A DNA stretch of 64,000 bases from positions 257,982,001-258,046,000 of the forward strand of contig OZ024742.1 of the NCBI GenBank assembly GCA_964016885.1, written 5' to 3'. The position numbers were made by a program, and so were the translations under genes. Of this stretch, positions 1 to 13,104 are shown one piece after another; the first letter of the stretch is position 1, and the number at the start of each line of letters is the position of its first letter. Source of the DNA: Eledone cirrhosa (Eukaryota). The notes beneath the pieces are model-generated. The model was given only the letters and a program-made list of their open reading frames with translations, did not search any database and had not been told where the DNA came from.

Positions 1-1687
1 CCAAAGGAATTGGAAGAGCGCGCGCTCCATCTTGGTGAGGGTTTCCCTTGGGCAGGGCACTACGGTCAGGCGGTAGTAGATGACGGACGCTATATAAGTG
101 TTCGCCACCTCCGCCCGACCTTTCAGGGATAGTTTGCAACTGGCCCACTTCTGGGTCAGTGCAAACACCCTGTTCGTAACCTCCGCCCAGTTTTTCTCCA
201 CCTGGAGGTCCGGTCCGAACCAGACCCCGAGCAACTTCACCGGGCCCTCCGTCCAGCGTCCGACGACGCCATCGGAGGGCATCGGTCTGCCCCTCCACGT
301 GCCGAGTTGCAAACCGATCGACTTGTCCCGGTTCAGCTTAGCCCCTGTGAACTTTTCGTACTCCTCCAGTAAGGTGCCGACCGCCTCGATTTCGGAGGCC
401 GTCGACACCATTACTGTCACATCATCGGCGTAGGCTGACACCGCTTTCCGCAATCCCGGTTCCAAAGGGATGCGCTGCAACAACTCCAACTTCCGCAGTA
501 GTGGCTCGAGAGTCAACACATACAGAAGGGAGGAGAGAGGGCACCCTTGTCGGATGGACCGCGCGATTTTGAACGGCTCCGAGAGGTAGCCGTTCACCTT
601 GACCCTAGAGCAGATGCGGCTGCTGTGCATAGCAGTGATCCAGCCCCTGAAAACGGGTCCGAAGCCTGCCGCCGCTAGCACCGCATCCAGGTAACCATGG
701 TCGACCCTATCGAACGCCTTAGATTGATCCAAGTTGATCAGAGCCCCACCAAAGCCGGGTTCGTTCCCAACCCTCTCTATGATGTATCGCATGAGGTGGA
801 GGTTGTCATGGATGGACCTGGACGGGATAGCGCATGTCTGCGCATCTCCCACCAGGTTGCCCACGACAAGCGCCAACCTCTTTGCTAGCACCTTGGCCAA
901 AATCTGTAACTCTGTATTTAGCAGAGTTATGGGCCTGAAGTTACTTATTTCGTCCCCCTTGTTCTCGTCCTTCCTCACTAGCGTGACTACGCCCTTGGTC
1001 ACAGTACAGGGAATTCTCCCGTTCTGTTGCCAGTTGCAGTAGACCGCCTCGAGGAGATCGGGGAACAAGTCCGGCATAGCTAGATATAATTCGTAAGGAA
1101 GACCATCGAGACCCGGGGATTTGCGTTTGCCGCATTGGCCCAGCACGTCCTCTATCTCAGCGGCCGAAATCGGCTCCTCGCAAGACTTCGCCTCCCTGTC
1201 CGAGAGGCGCGGCAGGCCGTCGAGGTATGGACCGAAGTCCACGTTTCCAACCGGCTCCCCGCCCCTCCCGAACAGTCGGGCAAAGTGCCTTTGAAAGGCC
1301 TCACACATCTGCTTAGGCTCAAGAATCGCCCGTCCATCCAGGTCTCGCAAAGACCGGATGGTGGATTTAGTTCCACTGTTGGCCTCTGTCACGCGGGCCC
1401 AGCTAACAGCTTTGGCCCCCTCGTTCCCTAGAGCACGTATTTTACTTCGGACAACGCAGCCTTCGTGCTTCGCGTCGAAAAACTGGCTCAAAGCCGTTCT
1501 CGACGCTAGCACTCTGGCCACGTCGCCGCTTCTAATTGCCTCTTCTACTCTATCTATTAGCTCCCTTTCCTTCCTATTCCTATCCGCAGCTAGAACCTTA
1601 CTAAATTCAATCGAGACTACTCTAATCTCTCTCTTTAGAGATACCCACCACCTGCTGTTGACGATCGCTCCAGTCAACCGTTCCTTA
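1..1687 (-). mobile_element. Tx1/L1-clade non-LTR retrotransposon copy A, 5'-truncated RT region running off the window
   Basis: Near-identical to 2986-4671 of copy B, including QGCPLS and YADD. It has AAG where copy B has a TAG stop. Homology to B ends at about 1687. Confidence 0.9.
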
Positions 1688-1689
1688 TA

Positions 1690-1740
1690 GATATGTTTCT
1701 TTTATTTGCCACTAGGGCATCAAACGTGGGACAAGTACAA
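1690..1740 (-). mobile_element. ~50-bp extreme 3' end of the same Tx1 family (severely 5'-truncated insertion or local duplication)
   Basis: atatgtttcttttatttgccac..gggcatcaaa.gtgggacaagtacaa duplicates 1766-1816 and is followed by (GATA)7. Confidence 0.8.
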
Positions 1741-1768
1741 GATAGATAGATAGATAGATAGATAGATA
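1741..1768. repeat. (GATA)n microsatellite at a retroelement junction
   Basis: gatagatagatagatagatagatagata seen directly. Confidence 0.95.
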
Positions 1769-2033
1769 TGTTTCTTTTATTTGCCACCAGGGCATCAAAA
1801 GTGGGACAAGTACAATGGGGGGAGTTTACAAAACAAGGTGTCCTCAATAAGGAGGAGGCAATAACAATATATAAAAATAAATATAAAATATAGCAAAAAA
1901 TAAAATGTATAACATAGTCCTCAATAGAGAGGAGGCGCCTTGGGGAGTCGCACACACCCCCGAAAAAAGTGTGCAAACCTTTTCCTCAGGAGCACAGAGA
2001 AGGGGTGCTCCCTTGGTCTTTCATCTTTCTCAC

Positions 2034-5000
2034 CTATAGTCTGATGTAGAGTGAAGGCCCATTCACACGGGCCATTCTCGCCACTTTCACCCATCTTTCA
2101 TAAAAACGGCTGGGGTGCAGCACCTCTCTCTCCATCCTGATCTTTCTTCCGAAATGATATCGGAAGAAACGGACCAGTTGTTGGCCAGAGAGAAAGGTGT
2201 CAGACCTCAGTCCTTTCAGACGCGTCCACCATACAACCTCTTTCGCCATGGCTATTACGCACAGAAACACCGCCTCTCCTTCGTTTTTGAAGAGTGGAGG
2301 CGGCTTGATCGTTACAATAGACTCGGTGGTCAACCGGATCGGTCCCACCATTGACAGCAGTTGTTCGACATAGCCCCACAGATCGGCAATGCCCGAGCAG
2401 TGTACCAATGCGTGTGCAACGGTTTCCTCGTCGCACACGCATCTGGGACAGATCTTTTTCGAGGGGTCCCTACCCGGGCGCCCGTGTCTGTAGAGCCTTT
2501 CTCGAACGGGCAGAGCCCTTCTGTAGCACTGCCTGGCCAGGGACCTCTGGAAGTTATCCATGGGTCCCGCGCTGAATGTCCTACCGAACAGGTTGGCCAG
2601 TTCGTCTTCCTCCATGCCTAGGGCTACTCCGTAGGCGTCGTCGCACCTGCTAACCACCAGCCCTCTATAGAATGACGAGGTGGATTCTCCACTGACAGCC
2701 GGGTCCGCCTGCCAGAGAGCCGTGAGCGCCTGGGCACACTCGGTGTGCCAGGCGCCGAGTTTTCTCGGTCTTTGCTTGACCCAGGATTGCAGCTCGGTGA
2801 GTGAGACGAGTCTTGGAAAGGCTCGCCTCACAAACGGGGCCCACAACGGTTGACCGGAGGGGAATACCTGAAGGTGCCGTAGCCTTAATGCGTATTTACG
2901 TATCATTAGCCACGGCATCCCCAGCCCTCCTTTCGAAGGGCGTTGACAGTAGATGGATCTCCTCACCATAGGAGCCCGCTTCTTCCAAAGGAATTGGAAG
3001 AATGCGCGCTCCATTTTGGCGAGCGTTTCCCTTGGGCAAGGCACAACGGTCAGGCGGTAGTAGATGACGGACGCTATATAAGTGTTCGCCACCTCCGCCC
3101 GACCTTTCAGGGACAGTTTGCACTCGGCCCACTTCTGGGTCAGTGCAAACACCCTGTTCCTTACCTCACGCCAGTTCTTCTCCACCTGGAGGTCTGGTCC
3201 GAACCAGACCCCGAGCAACTTCACCGGGCCCTCCGTCCAGCGCCCGACGACGCCATCGGAGAGCATCGATCTGCCCCTCCACGTTCCGAGTTGCAGACCG
3301 ATCGACTTGTCCCGGTTCAGCTTAGCCCCTGTAAACCTTTCGTACTCCTCCAGTAAGGTGCCGATCGCCCCGATTTCCGAGGCCGTCGACACCATTACTG
3401 TTACGTCATCGGCGTAGGCTGACACCGCTTTTCGCAATCCCGGATCCAACGGGATGCCCTGCAACAACTCCAACTTCCGCAGCAGTGGCTCTAGAGTCAT
3501 TACATACAGAAGGGAGGAGAGAGGGCACCCCTGTCGGTTGGACCGCGCGATTTTGAACGGCTCCGATAGGTAGCCGTTCACCTTGACCCTAGAGCATGTG
3601 CGGCTGCTGTGCATGGCATTGATCCATCCCCTGAAAACGGGTCCGAAGCCTGCCGCCACTAGCACCGCATCCAGGTAACCATGGTCGACCCTATCGAATG
3701 CCTTAGATTGATCCAAGTTGCTCAGGGCCCCACCAAAGCCGGGTTTATTCCCAACCCTCTCTATGATGTATAGCATGAGGTGGAGTTTGTCGTGGATGGA
3801 CCTGGACGGGATAGCACATGTCTGCGCATCTCCCACCAGGTTGCCCACGACAAGCGCCAACCTCTATGCTAGCACCTTGGCCAAAATCTGTAACTCTGTA
3901 TTTAGCAGAGTTATGGTCCTGAAATTATTTATATCGTCCCCCTTGTTCTCGTCCTTCCTCACTAGCGTGACTACGCCCTTGGTCACAGCACAGGGAATTC
4001 TCCCGTTCTGTTGCCAGTTGCAGTAGACCGCCTCGAGGAGATCGGGGAACAAGTCCGGCATAGCTAGATATAGTTCGTATGGAAGACCATCGAGACCCGG
4101 GCATTTGCGTTTGCCGCATTGGCTCAGCACGTCCTCTATCTCAGCGGCTGAAATCGGCTCCTCGCAGGACTCCGCCTCCCTGTCCGAGAGACGCGGCAGG
4201 CCGTCGAGGTATGGACCGAAGTCCACATCCCCAACCGGCTCCCCGCCCCTTCCGAACAATCCGGCAAAGTGCTTTTGAAAAGCCTCGCACATCTGCTTAG
4301 GTTCAAGGATCACCTGTCCATCCTGGTCTCGCAAAGACCGGATAGTGGATCTACTCCCTCGTTTGGCCTCTGTCACGCGGGCCCAGCTAACAGCTTTGGT
4401 CCCTTCGTTTCCCAGAGCACGTATTTTGCTTCGGGCGATGCAGCCTTCGTGTTTCGCGTCGACGAACTGGCCCAGGGCCGTTCTCGACGCTAGCACTCTG
4501 GCAACGTCGCCGCTTCTAATTGCCTCTTCTACACTAACTACCAACTCCCTTTCCTTCCTGTTTCTATTAGAGGCTAACTCCTTACTAAATTCTATAGAGA
4601 CTACTCTAATCTCTCTTTTGAGAGATCCCCACCACCTGCTATTGACGATGGCGCCCGTCAACCGCTCCTTAACTAAAGTGTTAATCCGGTCCCTGTAAGC
4701 CTTACTTGCCGGTAAGGACAAGTTGAGCTTCCAGTAACCGGGTCCCTGTCTATGAGTTCTGTCAAGGTTGACCATGCAGTTCACTAACTTGTGGTCTGAA
4801 TAGCCAACCATGCGCATTTTTGGACAACTTAAAAAGTCCGTATCCTTAATTCTAACTAAGAACCTATCTAGGTACGACCTAGATGGTCCGCTACGATTTG
4901 CCCAAGTCCAGGTTGGAGCAGTCAGAAAATCTAGTCGATATCTATCGGCCAGGTCAAATCAACCGATTAACCCTTTGAGGCTATTGCACCCCTCTCTATC

Positions 5001-5471
5001 GGGACAGACCCCTACGTAGTCCCAGCGTGCATCTAGGATACCATTCCAGTCCCCCACTAATAGCAAGGAGCGGGACGTCCCTAGAAAAGTCTGCAGACGA
5101 TCGAAGAAGTCCGGCCGCATTGACCCGAAAGGGCCGTAGGCGGCTACCAACCTAAACGCTCCGCCTTCACCAGTGCCAAGGTCCAGAACCACTAGTCGAC
5201 TCTCCGAGTCTAAATGTACCATCTGTGTTGTGAGACCCAGATGTTTTTGCAGCAGAACGACAACCCCACCCCCACCTCCTGGCTGACAGAGAGATGCGTG
5301 CATCTCCAAGTCATCAAAGGTTGAGGCCAGCTGCCGCACGTTGCTGATTCGGGCCTCGCAAATAACCATCACATCTATACGTTGTGACCTGAGGTCATTT
5401 AGAAGCATTGCTTGCTTCCAAGTTGAGCCCAGGCCACGCGCATTTATACAGCCTACTCTTAGCATAGCCAT
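2034..5471 (-). pseudogene. ORF2 (APE endonuclease + reverse transcriptase) with two in-frame nonsense codons
   Basis: ORFs 4959-5471, 3864-4817 and 2034-3860 are in one frame. Motifs: CINARGL, GDWN, SDH, PGLDGLP, LDQSKAFDRVDH, QGCPLS, YADD, CPRC..ETVAHALVHC. The TGA at 4959 is CGA in copy C and the TAG at 3864 is AAG in copy A. Confidence 0.92.
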
Positions 5472-5495
5472 GTTGGTGGTGAAGAGAAGAGGTAC

Positions 5496-7420
5496 TTACC
5501 TCTTTGCGTCCCGGGTATGGGGCTGCACAATTTCCATGAGGGTGGGGAATGGGTTGTTGGGTGGGGTGGTGGTTTCTGGCGGTGTGGGGACGGAGGTGTT
5601 TGGTGGGGAAGGGGTGTATGGTGGGGTGGGGATGACTTGGGTGGAGGTGCCTGTGGTGGGGAGGTCTTTGTAGAGGACGCGGCTCATTGGTTTCACGCAG
5701 GAATTCCCCACGTCCTCTACAAATGTTTCTTTTAGGGATCTATAAGTTCCTATAGGGACCTTGATCAGTTTTAGGTTCATTTTTTTGTTTTTGTTGGAGC
5801 TATCCAAAGTTTTCCCTTCGGTTTTGACCAAAGGGTTGTTTCTGATGGTCTCCATCAATGTTCTATTTTCTTCGTTTATGTAAGTGTATGTGTACTTTTC
5901 CTGTGTTGTGTTTGTTTTTGTCTGTGGTTCCTGCACGTGTTTTCTCTTTGTTGTGGGTATTTTGTTTTCGGGAGGGGGAACTTTTGTTTGTGATTTCTGT
6001 GCTGTTTGTGCTGGTGTTTGTGTGTTTGTTTCGTTTTTGTTCATGCGGTTCTTTCTTTTTATTCTTTTCACGGGTTGGAAGGGTTCCTCCTCATCGCCGC
6101 TGGGTGCCGTCGATAGGGGTTCCTCATCCGTGTTGATGGGTTGGGGTATGTTTTGGGGTTCTGTAGTGTCTGTGTGTGTTTTTGTATTTGTTTTGGATGG
6201 GGAGGAGTTGGGTGGAATATTGTTCTCTGTTGTTTTTTCTTGTTGTCGTGTTGTTATTTGTGGTGTTGGTAAAAGTGGGGTTTTTTTTGTCAATTGAGGA
6301 CAGGCAGCCCTTAGGTGACCTCTGCTTGCGCAGTGGTAACATGCGGACCGCCTACCCTCAACCGAAATGTTTATGTAGGTCTGTCCATCCAGAGGTACTC
6401 TCTGTGGGATTTTCACTATACGTTCTGGGCTCATCTGCACCAGAATTTCGATGCTAGTCCCACTAAATATATCTCTGGAGGATTTTCCTACTGAGATCAA
6501 AGTGTCTTGTTCAAGGTCAATTAGGCCATAAAGTATCCACCAAATATCTACTTTGGGTCTTATACATGTAATTTTTATTTTTTGCGTTCTTTTTCCCATG
6601 TATGTAGGGAAAAATGTAAAATGGGTGGACACAATGGGCGCGATGGAATATTTTTGTGCTGTTATGTTGTTTTTCATTAGCACCGAGATGCTGCCGAAAA
6701 GTTTGGCTTTCTGAATAAATAAAATGTTATCCATGTGGTTCCTTAATACTAGCTCAATCTCACTCTGAGATAGTTGAGCTGTTTTTTTTTATGCATTTGA
6801 GATTGTCCTGAAAACCACCGTGTTCAGGGCATTTTCTCTCCTTAGTTCTTGTGGTGAATTTATGCTAAATGACCCATTGGGTCCAAAAGTCACATATTGT
6901 TTAGCATCTTCCAACTTTTGTTTCGCGGTGGTTAAATCCAAAAGTTGAAATATTTCCGTTTTTTTTACGGTATCAGCAAAAGAAATGTTGCTGTTGTTGT
7001 CACTGTTGTTTGTATTTTCTTTGGTGTTTGTGTTGACATTTTTTTCCTTTTGATTGGTATTGTTGGATGTGTTTTCAATTTTTTCATTTTCTGTATTTTT
7101 GGTGTCTGTTGTGGGCTGTTATTTTCATTTTTTGTTGTGTGAAATTCCCTTTCTTTACGAAAGGAAGTGTTTACTACATATGTGATGTTTGTGTTGTTGT
7201 TTTTGTTGTTGCTGTTGTTGTCGTTGTTGGTGTTGTTTTCAGTTTCTTGTATAGTTGTTGCTACGTCAAGTTGTCGGTCAACAGGTGAAGAAAATTCTTC
7301 CTCTGGCTGACCTCTGCCTTTGGCATCTGCTGCTGTGACAGTGGCAGGGGGAAGCTGTGAGTATGACTTCCCTTTTCTTTCTTTGGTTGTTGGTGAAGAT
7401 GCTTCAACCATTTTTCTCAA
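5496..7420 (-). pseudogene. ORF1 gag-like protein with CCHC zinc knuckle, interrupted upstream of 6734
   Basis: CYHCASRGHLRAAC in ORF 5496-6734. Upstream ORF 6965-7420 is homologous to 11053-11523 of copy C. Confidence 0.8.
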
Positions 7421-7640
7421 AATAGGATTTTTCGAAATTTTTCGAGAGATAAAATGTTTACAACACTATTTCGCCTAAAGGCGTAGAATATTTTGAGAGA
7501 CTGACCAGATCAAAATTTGACCTGGCAGTCCCTCTACATAATGGTACGAAAATGAAAGTTTACAGTTCACAATTTCCAGATAAATTTAAACGAAACTTAC
7601 CGAGCGAGCTCAGCACATGTGTCCATCGTAAGAATAGATA

Positions 7641-10600
7641 GATGTTTCTTTTATTTGCCACCAGGGCATCAAAAGTGGGACAAGTACAAAGGGGGGAGTT
7701 TACACAAAAAGGCGTCCTCAATAAGGAGGAGGCAATAACAAAATATAAAAATAAAATAAAATATAACAAAAAATAAAATTTATAACAAAATCCTCAATAG
7801 AGAGGAGGCACCTTGGGGGGTCGCACACACCCCCTGAAAAAAGTGTGCAACCCTTTTCCTCAGGAGCACAGAGAGGGGGTGCTCCCTCGTTCCTTCCTCT
7901 TTTCCACCTACAGGCTTATGTAAAGAGAAGGCCCATTCACACGGGCCATTCTCGCCACTTTCACCCACCTTTCATAAAAACGGCTGGGGTGCAGCACCTC
8001 TCTCTCCATCCTGATCCTTCTTCCGAAATGATATCGGAAGAAACGGACCAGTTGTTGGCCAGAGAGAAAGGTGCCTGACCTCAGTCCTTTCAGACGCGTC
8101 CACCATACAACCTCTTTCGCCATGGCTATTACGCACAGAAACACCGCCTCTGCTTCATCTTTGAAGCGGGGAGGCGGCTTGATCATTACAATAGACTCGG
8201 TGGTCAACCGGATCGGCCCCACCCTTGACAGCAGTTGTTCGACATAGCCCCACAGATCGGCTACGCCCGAGCAGTGTACCAATGCGTGTGCAACGGTTTC
8301 CTCGTCGCACACGCATCTGGGACAGAGCTTTTTTGGCGGGGTCCCTACCCGGGCGCCCGTGTCTGTAGAGCTTTTCTCGAACGGGTAAAGCCCCTCGGTA
8401 GCACTGCCAGGCCAGGGACTTCTGGAAGTTGTCCATAGGTCCCGGGCCGAGAGACGCGACAGGCCGTCGAGGTATGGACCGAAGTCCACTTCCCCAACCG
8501 GCTCCCCGCCCCTTCCGAACAATCTGGCAAAGTGCTTTTGAAAAGCCTCGCACATCTGCTTAGGTTCAAGGATCACCTGTCCATCTTGGTATCGCAAAGA
8601 CCGGATACTCGATCTCCTCCCTCTTTTGGTTATTGTCACGCGGGTCCAGCTAACAGATTTGGACCCTAGTTTCCCAGAGCACGTATTTTGCTTCGGACGA
8701 TGCAGCCTTCGTGTTTCGCGTCGAAGAACTGGCCCAGGGCCGTTCTCGACGCTAGCACTCTGGCCACGTCGCCGCTTCTAATTGCCTCTTCTACACTATC
8801 TACCAACTTCCTTTCCTTCCTAATTCTATTTGAGGTAACTCTTTACTAAATTCTATAGAGACTACTCTAATCTCTCTATTGAGAGATCCCCATCACCTGC
8901 TGTTGACGATAGCGCCCGTCAACCGCTCCCTAAATAAAGTGCTAATCCGGTCCCTGTAAGCCTTACTTGCCGGTAAGGACAAGTTGAGCTTCCAGTAACC
9001 GGGTCCCTGTCTATGCGTTTGTCAAGGTTGACCATGCAAGTCACTAACTTGTGGTCTGAATAGCCAACCATGAGCATTTTTGGACAACTTAAAAAGTATT
9101 TATTCCTATTTCTAACTAAGAACCTATCTAGGTACGACCTAGATGATCCACTGCGGTTTGCCCAAGACCAGGTTGGCGCAGTCGGAAAATCTAGTCGATA
9201 TCTACCGGCCAAGTTTAATCGACCGATTAACCCTCTGAGGCTGTTACACCCCTCTCTATCGGCACAGGCCCCTACGTAGTCCCAACGTGCATCTAGGATA
9301 CCATTCCAGTCCCACACTAATAGCAAGGAGCGGGACGTCCCTATAAAAGTCTCCATACGATGGAAGAAGTCCGGCCGCGTTGACCCGAAAGGGCCGTAGA
9401 CCGCTACCAGCCTAAACGCTCCGCCTTCACCACTGCCAACTAGTCGACTTTCCGGGTCCAAATGTACCGTCTGTGTTGCGAGACCCAGATGTTTTTGCAG
9501 CAGAACGACAACCCCACCTCCAGCTCCTGGCTGACAGAGAGATGCGTGCATCTCAAAGTCATTAAAGGTGGGAGCCAGCTGTCGGATATTGCTGATCCGG
9601 GCTTCGCAAATAACCATCACATCTTACGTTGTGACCTGAGGTCATTTAGAAGCATTGCTTGCTTCCAAGTTGAGCCCAGGCCACGCGCATTTAGACAGCC
9701 TACTCTTAGCATAGCCATGTTGGTGGTGAAGAGAAAAGGCACTTACCTCTCTGCGTCCGGGTATCGGGCTGCAAAATTTCCATGAGGGTGGAGGATGGGT
9801 TGTTGGGTGGGATGGTGATTTGTGGAAGTGTAGGGGCATCAGTGTGTTGTGTGGTTGGTATGTTTGTAGTGGTGTGGGTGTTTGGGACGGGGGTAGGGTA
9901 ATTGTTTAGGAGGACGCGGTTAATGGGCCCGACGCATTGGGGTGTGGGGGGGGGGACACGTCATCTTTAAAGTTGCTTTTTAGTGTTTTATATGTGTCCT
10001 CTGGGGCCTTAATCATTTTGAGGTGAGGGAAATCCCCTGCCTGGGTGAAGTTAGGCCCTTGGGTTTTTACTAAATTGTTGTTGTATATAATGTCTAGCAG
10101 TTTTTTATTTCTTGTGTTTATGTATGTGTATGCATGTTTTTATTTTTGTGTCGTGTTTTTTGTTTGCTGTTGTTGTGTGCTCTTTTGTGTTGGTGTCTGT
10201 GTTATGTTTTAGGGAGGAGTTGTTTTCATTTGTGTGTCTGAGGTGTGTTTTCTTTTTTTTTCTTTTGATTGTGTGGAAGTGCTCCTCCTCGTCTGACGAC
10301 GAACGAGGGTCATCTTCCGCGTTGGAGGGGAGGGGTAGATTTTCGGGTTGTGTTTGCGGGTGTTTCGGAAATAGTATTTTTTTAGTGGGGTGGGGGGGGG
10401 ACAGTGTTTTGTTTTGGTTTGAGCTGTGGTTGTTGTTTTGTAGTGGTGGTTGTGGTGATTATATTGGTTGTGCAGTTGTTGGTGGTGTAGGTGGGATTGG
10501 GGTTTTCTTTTTAAGTTGAGGACAGACAGCACTCAGGTTACCTCTGGCTCCACAGAGGTAACACGAGGGCCGCCTACCCTCAACGGTAATGTTGATAAAA

Positions 10601-11683
10601 GTTTGGTCATCCAGTATGACGCGTTCAGGGATCTGGGCGATCCTTTCGGGGGGCCTCATTTGAACTAAAAGTTCGAGGCCCGTTCCACTGAACGCGTCAC
10701 CTGATGCCTTTCCCATTGATATTAATATGTCATCGTTCAGGTCAAGAAAACCTGTTAACACCCACCATATGTCCATAATTGGAAGAATGGTGTGTATTTT
10801 TATTTTCTGCGTCCTTCTACCCATGTACGTAGGATAGAAGGTGTATGCGTGGATGTAATAGGTTTTACCGACCGAAAGTTTTTTTTGCCGTGTCCTGATC
10901 CTTCATGAGAATGGATAGACTCCCATAGAGTCTATCCTTTTGTATGAACAGAATATCTTTCATTACATCTTTTAAGACCAGCTCTATCTCACTCTGTGAT
11001 GGTTGAGCTGGTATTTTCGTTTTATTTAACACTATCCTAAACATCACTGTGTTTAGGAGTCTCTGACTTTTAGTTCTGGGGGGGGGGGGGGCGAAAATGA
11101 TCCATTTTCCCCGTTCAATATGTATTTTTTGGCATCTGCCAGTAGCTCCTTCGCTTTGCTTATATCTACTGGCAGATAGTCGAGGATTTTCCTTGCAGTC
11201 TGGGCGAAGGAGTCCTTTTCCTTGTTCGTGTTGCTGTTGTAGTTGGTGGTGTTGCTGTTATCATTGTTGTTGGTGTTGTTGTTTTTGTTGTCTTTATTGT
11301 TGCTGTTGTTGTCGTTGTTATTGTTGTTGTTTTCGGTTTCTTGTGTAGTTGTGGCTACATCAAGTTGTCGGTCAGCAGGTCGGTCATCTGCTGCTGTGAC
11401 ACTGGCAGTGGGAAGCTGTGAGTTTAGCTTCCCTTTTCTTTCTTTGAATGTTGATGAAGATGCTTCAGTCATTTTATCAATGTAGGACATTTTTCGAAAC
11501 ATAAATTTTTTTTTTTCAAACACAATTTTGCCTAAAGGCGTAGAATAATTTGAGAGACTGACCCCATGAAAATTTGACCTGGCAGTCCCTCTACAAAATG
11601 GTACAAAAATGAAAGTTTACAGTTTGGAATTTCTATGGAAATTTAGGCAGAAGTTACCCAGCAAGTTTTACGCGTGTGTCCAT
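7641..11683 (-). mobile_element. Tx1 copy C: both ends intact, RT internally deleted (~1.6 kb), ORF1 divergent and frameshifted
   Basis: A junction near 8445 joins sequence matching ~2570 to sequence matching ~4185 of copy B. APE at 8919-9718. ORF1 knuckle CYLCGARGNLSAVC. Confidence 0.9.
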
Positions 11684-11707
11684 CCCAGATAGATAGATAT
11701 ATAGATA

Positions 11708-12652
11708 TATTTCTTTATTTGCTACAGGGGCGTACACAAATGGGACATTACAAGACGTTACGGTGGGGGTGTTACATACAAATCATATAATTTAACATTA
11801 ATAAATAACAATATCTATATATAATAACATAAACATTGAAATCCCCAATATGGGGGAACGTTACTGCAGGGTTGTTTTACACCCCGTGGATAGAACAACC
11901 CTCAACACCAGGAACACCTTTTGTAGGTGTTCCCGTCTTCCTTCTTTTTATCTTCCTCAACATACAGGTTTATATACAGAGAAGGCCCTTTCACTCGGGC
12001 CATTTTCGCCACATTCACCCACCTTTCAGCGAAATTACTGGGGAGTAGCACCTCTCTCATCACTCTAACATTCCTTCTAAAATGGTACTTAAAGAATGGG
12101 ATAAGTTGTTGTCCAGAGAGAAAAGTGTTTGCCCTCAGTCCTTTTAACCTCTTCCACCATATTACCTCTTTTGCCATAGCCACCAGACAGAGGAAAACCG
12201 CCTCTCTTTCATGTTTAAATGAAGGCGGTGGGTTGATCCTCAAGATGGACTCGGCTGACAACTGGATGCGTCCCACACGTGACAGTAGCTGTTCGACTTA
12301 ATTCCACAGGTCGGTCACCCCTGGGCATTGAACAATTGCGTGCAGAACGGTTTCGATGTCCTGCTAGCATCTTGGACAGATCCTTTTGGCAGGAACTTTG
12401 ATAGGGCGTCCGTGCCTGTAGATTATCTCTCGAACTGGTAGAGCTCCTCGGTAGCACTGCCAGGCCAGAGACCTCTGGATGTCATCCATAGGCCCTGGAC
12501 GGAAACTCCTCCTAAACAGACTGGTCAGTTCGTCTTCCTCAATGCCTAGAGTTTTCCCGAGAACGTCGTCGCACTTATCCTCCACTAATTCCCTATAGAA
12601 TGATTGCCGTTTCCGCCTGGTAGAGGGCTGTGAGCGCCCGAAAGCACTCGAG
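11708..12652 (-). mobile_element. Tx1 copy D, 3' fragment of a more divergent subfamily
   Basis: ORFs 11902-12276 and 12364-12678 are homologous to the ORF2 C-terminus (RSLAWQCYRGALPVRE, CPRC, AMAKEVIWW). The 3' UTR differs from B and C, and GATA repeats lie on both sides. Confidence 0.85.
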
Positions 12653-12934
12653 GTAGATGAATAGATAGATAGATACATATATGTATGTATATCTTTAGAA
12701 CCATATTAATCCGAAATACTAACATCACTAGAGATAACAAAAGTGGCGGCACTACATAAATTCAAACCTATAAGCCATTCACATTTTCCTATTTGTTTGC
12801 CACTTTGCAAATTTGTTTAAATACTACTTTCTCTCCGTCTTAATTTTACACTTTTCTGGTGAAGGATTAACATCAGACACGGTGAGATAATTCTTTTTAC
12901 ATTTTTCTCCAAGCGTATAACTAGTTATAGATGC

Positions 12935-13104
<170 letters not shown>

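Larger units (their letters stand above)
1767..7627 (-). mobile_element. Full-length (~5.9 kb) Tx1/L1-clade retrotransposon copy B
   Basis: 5' UTR, ORF1 with CCHC knuckle, ORF2 with APE, RT and C-terminal CxxC..H..C, and a 3' UTR ending AATAAAAGAAACAT(ATCT)n. The 5' end (GATGGACAC on minus) is shared with copy C. Confidence 0.92.

Noticed and set aside
3864-4961. Programmed readthrough of the two ORF2 stops
   Set aside because: Sister copies have sense codons (AAG, CGA), so these are ordinary mutations.
98-5019. Many + strand ORFs over the Tx1 copies
   Set aside because: Antisense shadows of the GC-rich ORF2. They recur only because the element is repeated.
7512-7535. acctggcag in the Tx1 5' UTR resembling the U1 snRNA 5' end (possible snRNA target)
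   Set aside because: Only 9 nt match, there is no downstream U1 sequence, and it is internal to the element.
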